A stretch of DNA of 64,000 nt from Patescibacteria group bacterium. Its GTDB lineage: Bacteria > Patescibacteriota > Patescibacteriia > SBBC01 > CAIJZX01. Position numbers and translations under genes: made by a program. A model generated the notes under the pieces. That model did not search any database, was not told the origin of the DNA, and saw only the letters and a list, made by a program, of their open reading frames with translations. This document shows positions 58,647 to 64,000 of the stretch, piece by piece. How positions within the stretch are numbered: position 1 is the first letter of the stretch; each line of letters opens with the position of its first letter. The DNA lies in the NCBI GenBank assembly GCA_038065275.1, contig JBBTRH010000002.1, positions 34,756 to 98,755 of the forward strand, written 5' to 3'.

Positions 58647-60474
58647 CTATTCGGCCGCTTTCTTCTCGCGTTTGCGTGCTAAGGCATCGAGAACGCGCTT
58701 GCGGATACGAATAGATTTCGGCGTCACTTCGACATATTCATCCGGTCCGATGTATTCGAGGGCCAGTTCCAGCGACATCTCTTTCGGCGGCGTGAGCAGG
58801 ATCGCCGCATCGGATGCCTTCGAACGCATGTTCGACAGCTTCTTCTCCTTGCAGACGTTGATTTCCATGTCCTCATCGCGGGAACATTGGCCGACCACCA
58901 TCCCGGCATAAACCTCGACGCCCGGACCGATGAATAACGTACCGCGTTCCTGGGCGGTATCGAGCGCGTAGCCGGTGCTCATCCCCTGTTCGAAGGCGAT
59001 CAGCGATCCGTGACTGTTCGCGTTGAGCAGGTCCGGCTGAAACGGCTCGTATTTATTGAACAGGTGGTTGACGACGGCTTGGCCGCGGCACTTGGTCATC
59101 AGCGCCGACTTCAATCCAATCACGCCGCGGGTGGGCATATCATACTCGATCTGTATTTCGCCGTGGCGGCCGGTGTCGAGTGACAACATGGCTCCCTTTC
59201 GCGCGCCGCACACTTCAATCACGACGCCTTGGTACTCGGCCGGAACATCGATGGTCACCAGTTCATACGGTTCCATTTTATGGCCGTCTTTGGCATGCAT
59301 GATGACCTGCGGTTGCGACACTTGTAACTCGAATCCTTCGCGGCGCATCTGCTCGATCAGGACCGCCAAGTGAAGTTCACCGCGGCCGGACACCAGGAAA
59401 CTGTTGGCGTTGTCGGTCGGCTCGACGCGGAGCGCGACATTGGTTTCCAGCTCTTTCATCAGCCGCGCTTGAATCTGCCGCGAAGTGACCAATTTTCCTT
59501 CGCGCCCGGCGAACGGCGAGGTGCTGACGCCGAAGGTCATCTGGACGGTCGGCTGGTCGACTTCGATCGGAGGCAGGGCGACGGGGCGGTCCGCGTCCGC
59601 AATCGTCTCGCCGATAGCGATCGTCGGAATACCGGCCACGGCCACGATTTCACCGGCGTCGGCCGATTCGACCGCGACCTGTTTCAAGCCCTGATAGACC
59701 ATGATGTCCGTGACTTTACTTTTGACCACCGCGCCGTCAACTTTGATTTCGGCCACCGCTTGGTTCTTCGTAATTTTCCCGGCCGAGATTTTGCCGATGC
59801 CCATTTTACCTTTGTAGTCGTCGTTCATCAGCGCCAGCACCAGCAGTTGTAGCGGCTGGGCAGTGTTGACGGCTGGGGCTGGAACTTTAGCGATGATGGT
59901 GGCGAACAGCGGTTGCAAATCGGTGCCCGGTCGGGCCAGGTTAAGGGTGGCGGTGCCGGCCACGGCGTTAGTGTAGACGATCGTGAAGTCGTGCTGGGCG
60001 TGAGTAGCGTTCAGGTGCGAAAAAAGGTCGAAGGTTTTGTTGACGGTTTCATCCGGGTCAGCGTCGGGTTTATCGATTTTGTTGACTACCACGATCGCAT
60101 TCAGGCCGAGCTCCAGCGCTTTGCGCAACACGAATTTCGTTTGCGGCATCGGTCCCTCTTTCGCGTCGACCAGCAACAACACGCCGTCGGCCATCCGCAA
60201 AGTTCGTTCTACTTCGCCGCCGAAATCAGCGTGGCCAGGCGTATCAACGATATTAATCTTCACGCCGTTATAAAGCACGCTGGCGTTTTTCGCCTTGATG
60301 GTAATCCCCCGCTCCCGTTCCTGGTCCATCGAATCTAAAATCCGCTCGCCCATTTGATCTAAATTTCGAGCGGAATGTGTTTGCTTCAACATCGCGTCGA
60401 CCAAAGTGGTCTTACCGTGATCGACGTGAGCAATGATGGCGATATTTCTGATGTCAGTTCGTCTATCAATCATA
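58647..60474 (-). CDS. typA: translational GTPase TypA/BipA
   Basis: Start [26 protein letters not shown]; G-domain and EF-G-like domains. Confidence 0.9.
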
Positions 60475-60480
60475 GCGACA

Positions 60481-60575
60481 GGAAATGCTTGCCCCCTCCT
60501 GCCCGAGGTCGCCGACGCGCCAAAGCCGCTTTGGCGACGGCGCGAGGGGTTAGGGGGTGGTGGGAGGCGATGTTT
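60481..60575. repeat. GC-rich palindromic region upstream of typA (CGCCGACGCGCCAAAGC/GCTTTGGCGACGGCG plus GGGGTTAGGGGGTGGTGGGAGG)
   Basis: Directly visible nested inverted repeats and G-runs. Confidence 0.35.
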
Positions 60576-60685
60576 CGAATATCTGTTCGGCGGTCCATAG
60601 CAGTTGAAAAAAGCGCCACGGGCGCGAGACAACACTATAATGATTGCGCGCCGGCGTCAAGTGTTCGCATAAAAATCCCCTGGTC

Positions 60686-61063
60686 CTAGACCAGGGGTGA
60701 TTCGACGCTCAGGCTGTCGACTTCGTCACTGAAAACTTCCTCCCAACTGTCCATGGCCTTCTCCACCAAGCGGTACCCGCGGCGGTTGTGGCGACGGAGC
60801 GTATCGTGCTCCAGCTCGAAGAAGATGGTCGCCGCTTCGTCGCGCATCCACTTCACCATGTCGTCCGTCACCGGCAGGTTACGATAGCGGGAACCGTGGA
60901 GGCGCTTGAGGCGCATCAGCAGGGCCGCGACCGCGGTCCACAGCACCTCTTGCTCCGGCGTCAAATCTGGGCGTTTCCTTAAGCGGCTACCTGCTGACTC
61001 CTGGTTGACGCGACCGACCCCGAACTGCCGGACGAGACTGATAAAGAACTGTCGCACCAGCAT
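60686..61063 (-). CDS. hypothetical protein
   Basis: 125 aa; strong RBS (AGGGAGG) 8 nt upstream and TTGACA-16-TACGAT promoter. Confidence 0.4.
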   Translation of the reverse strand: MLVRQFFISLVRQFGVGRVNQESAGSRLRKRPDLTPEQEVLWTAVAALLMRLKRLHGSRYRNLPVTDDMVKWMRDEAATIFFELEHDTLRRHNRRGYRLVEKAMDSWEEVFSDEVDSLSVESPLV

Positions 61064-61109
61064 GGTCTACCTCCCTGTCTCCAGGCCATGGGGTTTGAGG
61101 AACAGCCGT

Positions 61110-61137
61110 ATCGTACTCCACCGCGAAAAAATGTCAA
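61110..61137 (-). promoter_or_regulatory. sigma70 promoter (TTGACA-16-TACGAT); -35 supplied by terminal GTCAAC of IR element
   Basis: Read on minus strand upstream of 61063 start. Confidence 0.5.
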
Positions 61138-61245
61138 CCCAGCACCACTTTGGCTTATCCGTAGGTTTTTTTACCCGAGTTCATCTGCCATGAAAATCAA
61201 TTGGGCGGAAAACATGCATTTTATCCAAAGTGGTGCTGGGTCAAC
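61133..61245. repeat. Inverted-repeat element family B: perfect 21-bp arms GTCAACCCAGCACCACTTTGG / CCAAAGTGGTGCTGGGTCAAC with 71-bp loop
   Basis: Exact reverse complements; located between tRNA-Gln and the next gene. Confidence 0.6.
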
Positions 61246-61327
61246 ATCTTATTGTCGAGCAAGGCCGGCCGCGCTTGACGAGAACAAAAAAGTTGCCTGG
61301 TCGGTATTTTCAAGTCGAAACATTTTT

Positions 61328-61401
61328 TGGCTCCGGGACCTGGACTCGAACCAAGATTACCAGGTTCAGAGCCTGGCGTCCTACCATTAGACGATCCCGG
61401 A
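61328..61401 (-). tRNA. tRNA-Gln (anticodon CUG)
   Basis: 7-bp acceptor stem TCCGGGA/TCCCGGA, anticodon loop CTCTGAA, T-arm TTCGAGTC, encoded 3' CCA. Confidence 0.75.
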
Positions 61402-61444
61402 ATGCAGACCGAGTATAAACAATCCGAGTCTTAGCGTCAACGCG

Positions 61445-63025
61445 CTAGGCCTCTCCGAAACTCGACACCACCTGCTCCCATAAATCCCCTGGTGGCGGTG
61501 CCGGCGCGGTGGCCGTCGGGTTCGGTGTGGCTTTGATCGCGGTCGGAATTGGCGCCGGCGTAGCGGTGGTCATGACGCTCAGCCGGACCGGTCGGCCGAG
61601 GGCACGCTGAAGCGCCGCAATCAACGGTTGGCTGTACTTCGGATCGCTCAAGCGATCGGCATGGAGTTTGAACGGCACGTGTAAAATCACTTCTTCGTCA
61701 TTCAGGTCGCCGATCGAAGCGTGCTGGACGCTCAGGCCCAGACTGGGGTGGGTGTGACCAATAGTCCGTTGAATTGCCTGCCAGGCCTGGCGGACGGCTT
61801 GGAGCGTTAATTGCGAGCCGGCAGATTTTCTTTTGACGGTCGGCGATGACGGCGTCGGCGGTGATGGGGGGCGGCCAGGCGCGATGGGCGGCGGCGTCGG
61901 AGGCGGCGAGGCCTCGCGTCCGGCCGTCGCCATGGAGGCGGTGATGGTGATGATCGCCAATTCGACCGGCAACTCGGCCATGACCGACCGGCTGAGCCGC
62001 CGCTCGGCGGTTAACCATACTTCGATCATCTGGTTGAGCTCGGCCACGGTGGCTGTTTGCGCTAAGTCGATCAGCCGCTGGACGTCGGTCCGGTCGAAAT
62101 CGGCGGCCACCTGCTGGATCAGGCTTGGATCGACCGCACTGAGCAACAGGGCGCGGGTGGTCATCACCAGCTCATGAACGAGATTCGGGATATCGCCGCC
62201 CTCGTCGCAGAACTGGTGGAAGCGGTTAAGCGCGTCAACCGTTCGACGCTGAAGGCACTCCTCGAGCAGATTGAGAATCAGTTGTTGATCGGATCGCGGC
62301 AGAACGAGATCGGCGATGTCATTGGTAATCCGCTGATCGGCGAAAGAAAATAGTTGGCCTAACATAGTCTCGGCGTCGCGCACTGATCCTCCGGCCCGGC
62401 GTGCAATCCGCCGCGCCACATCGTCGTCAAGCCGGCGGTGTTCGGCGGCGGTCAGTTTCTGCAGGCGGGCGATGATGTCTTCGACGACGATTTTCTTGAA
62501 GTCAAACCGCTGGGTCCGCGAGACGATCGTTTCCGGGATGCGGTGGACTTCAGTGGTGGCCAGAATAAACATGGCGTGAGCCGGCGGTTCTTCCAGGAGC
62601 TTTAACAGGGCGTTGAACGCCGAGGTCGACAGCATGTGGACCTCGTCAATGATAAAGACCTTCCGCTTGGCCATGGCCGGGATACTGTGAGCGCTGTGAA
62701 TGATGTTTTCACGGACATGGTCGACGCCGGTGTGCGAAGCGGCGTCGATTTCAACGATGTCGAGGCTACTGTTGGTAAGAATGGCTCGGCAACTGGCGCA
62801 GGCGTTGCACGGTTCGCCATTCGCCCGGCGGTCAGTGCAGTTGACGGCCCGGGCCAGGATTCGGGCCAGGGTGGTCTTACCGACGCCGCGCGGGCCGGCG
62901 AACAGATAGGCGTGGGCCACCCGATCCTGCTCCAAGGCGTGTTGCAGGGTGATCCGAACGTGTTGCTGGTCAACGACGTCAGCAAAGGTCAGCGGTCGAT
63001 AGGTGCGGTAGAGCGCCTCGGCCAT
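61445..63025 (-). CDS. dnaX: DNA polymerase III subunits gamma/tau
   Basis: MAEALYRTYRPLTFADVVDQQHV, Walker A GPRGVGKTT, zinc module CTDRRANGEPCNACASC. Confidence 0.9.
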   Translation of the reverse strand: MAEALYRTYRPLTFADVVDQQHVRITLQHALEQDRVAHAYLFAGPRGVGKTTLARILARAVNCTDRRANGEPCNACASCRAILTNSSLDIVEIDAASHTGVDHVRENIIHSAHSIPAMAKRKVFIIDEVHMLSTSAFNALLKLLEEPPAHAMFILATTEVHRIPETIVSRTQRFDFKKIVVEDIIARLQKLTAAEHRRLDDDVARRIARRAGGSVRDAETMLGQLFSFADQRITNDIADLVLPRSDQQLILNLLEECLQRRTVDALNRFHQFCDEGGDIPNLVHELVMTTRALLLSAVDPSLIQQVAADFDRTDVQRLIDLAQTATVAELNQMIEVWLTAERRLSRSVMAELPVELAIITITASMATAGREASPPPTPPPIAPGRPPSPPTPSSPTVKRKSAGSQLTLQAVRQAWQAIQRTIGHTHPSLGLSVQHASIGDLNDEEVILHVPFKLHADRLSDPKYSQPLIAALQRALGRPVRLSVMTTATPAPIPTAIKATPNPTATAPAPPPGDLWEQVVSSFGEA

Positions 63026-63027
63026 AT

Positions 63028-63103
63028 CTCGTTAGAAACTTCTTTTAATCAGCGTGGCGGGCATGGGGAAAAGATGTTGTGTCCCACCCAAGTTTCTAAC
63101 GGG
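63028..63103. repeat. Inverted repeat (CTCGTTAGAAACTT / AAGTTTCTAACGGG) of family A core, 3 nt upstream of dnaX start codon
   Basis: 14-bp arms with about 48-bp loop; shares CGTTAGA(A/G) core with elements at 3384 and 15550. Confidence 0.45.
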
Positions 63104-63180
63104 ACATAGACTAGTAGTGTACCCGAAGCAAGCGACCGGCCGCAAGATGGCCGGCGCTGTGGAGAACTCGGCTCGCCCCA

Positions 63181-63873
63181 TTAAACCAGTCCTTTGTCCG
63201 TTTCGCTCTGCTTGATGATGTTCTCGACCGCGGCCCAGCGCGATTCGCCGCTGGCCGGGACGAGGACCACCACCTCATCCCCCGGTTCGCCTTTGAAATA
63301 GGTGATCGACGCCAGCAAGACCTTGAAGTTCCGCCCGTCCGCCACCACGCGGTACTCGCCGGTGATATCGTCGCGGATCAGTTGGCCAATCAGGCGCTGG
63401 CGTTCGATCGGTCCGATCTGCTTGTAAATGAACGAACCGTCTCGGGTGATGGTCAGTTTCAACACGTCACCTTCCACCAGTTTCGACTTGGATGCGTAGT
63501 TAGCCGGAACGGAGTACTGCTTGCCATCCGGACCGAGCATGTTTTGCCCGTCGAACGCCCCCTCTATGATTTTGGCTCCTTCTTGGTCAATCCCCGTCGG
63601 CATGGTCGGCGGTCGCAGCCGGGCCGCCAGCGGCGTGATCTGGATCCCCCGGGTGACGAGCATTTGGCGGATGGTATCTAAAGCACGCTGGGCTGTTTCA
63701 AGCAACGGCAACACCTCGGCCGCATCAATGGCCTGGGGTTTCGGCTGATCGGCCGAATCATCGGCGGTCGTTATTGGAAGTTGATCTTGTTCATCCATAT
63801 GTTTTGGTGTCGCGGCTAGGAATTCGGTTTCTGTTTGTGTAGTCAGCTTAGCACTAGGCCGGTTAACGGTCAA
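63181..63873 (-). CDS. hypothetical protein
   Basis: 230-aa ORF upstream of dnaX; acidic N-terminal region; no motif recognised. Confidence 0.35.
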   Translation of the reverse strand: MTVNRPSAKLTTQTETEFLAATPKHMDEQDQLPITTADDSADQPKPQAIDAAEVLPLLETAQRALDTIRQMLVTRGIQITPLAARLRPPTMPTGIDQEGAKIIEGAFDGQNMLGPDGKQYSVPANYASKSKLVEGDVLKLTITRDGSFIYKQIGPIERQRLIGQLIRDDITGEYRVVADGRNFKVLLASITYFKGEPGDEVVVLVPASGESRWAAVENIIKQSETDKGLV

Positions 63874-64000
63874 GACCGGCCGTAACCACGCGCGCCAACG
63901 GCCATTGTTAAGTGAACACTAAAAGTGTTCAATGACCCACGCGGTACAGATACACGGCCATGGTTTGCGGATCCGGTTTGTCTTTCAACACCGGCGTCCA

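Noticed and set aside
60481-60575. GGGGTTAGGGGG motif as a telomere-like repeat
   Set aside because: It is a single occurrence inside a GC-rich palindromic leader and not a tandem array, so it has no telomeric significance.
1-64000. Search for CRISPR arrays, rRNA genes, IS/transposase or integrase genes
   Set aside because: No regularly spaced direct repeats with unique spacers and no transposase or integrase motifs were seen. The repeats found are inverted or palindromic pairs, not arrays.

Overview
This is a high-GC (about 60% by eye) bacterial chromosomal segment with short intergenic spacers and many overlapping stop/start junctions. The housekeeping backbone is pilM(partial)-pilN-pilO, rpmA, pyrG-rplI-ctpA-murA, typA, dnaX and a tRNA-Gln(CUG). 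It also carries deoxynucleoside kinase, an archaeal-type PGI/PMI and malQ, a gene set reminiscent of small-genome (CPR/Patescibacteria-like) lineages; I cannot assign lineage from sequence alone. About 25 kb in the middle (roughly 16.7-41.6 kb) is visibly AT-richer and encodes a complete ABC-transporter-dependent glycan pathway. It contains two tandem gmd copies, fcl, a GT11 alpha-1,2-fucosyltransferase, Wzm/Wzt, three methyltransferases and about 13 glycosyltransferases. It also contains two polyprenyl-phosphate-sugar modules (GT2 + GtrA/DUF2304) and a UDP-xylose synthase, and a GT39 (PMT/ArnT-like) gene sits upstream. The most unusual structural signal is three places where a gene with its own promoter sits immediately 3' of a host gene and a degenerate copy of the host gene's 3' segment lies on the far side of the insert. 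Two of the inserted genes are paralogous ~90-aa proteins sharing a 'KLDAIM' motif, and the third is an amidase-like gene. This looks like a minimal 3'-end-targeting integrative cassette and is the best candidate for something undescribed. Two families of ~110-bp elements bounded by near-perfect 14-21 bp inverted repeats sit in promoter regions, with their outer ends supplying TTGAC -35-like hexamers. A G-run/C-run palindromic repeat family is also present. There is no CRISPR array, rRNA or recognisable IS/transposase. All coordinates I derived myself may be off by 1-2 nt.
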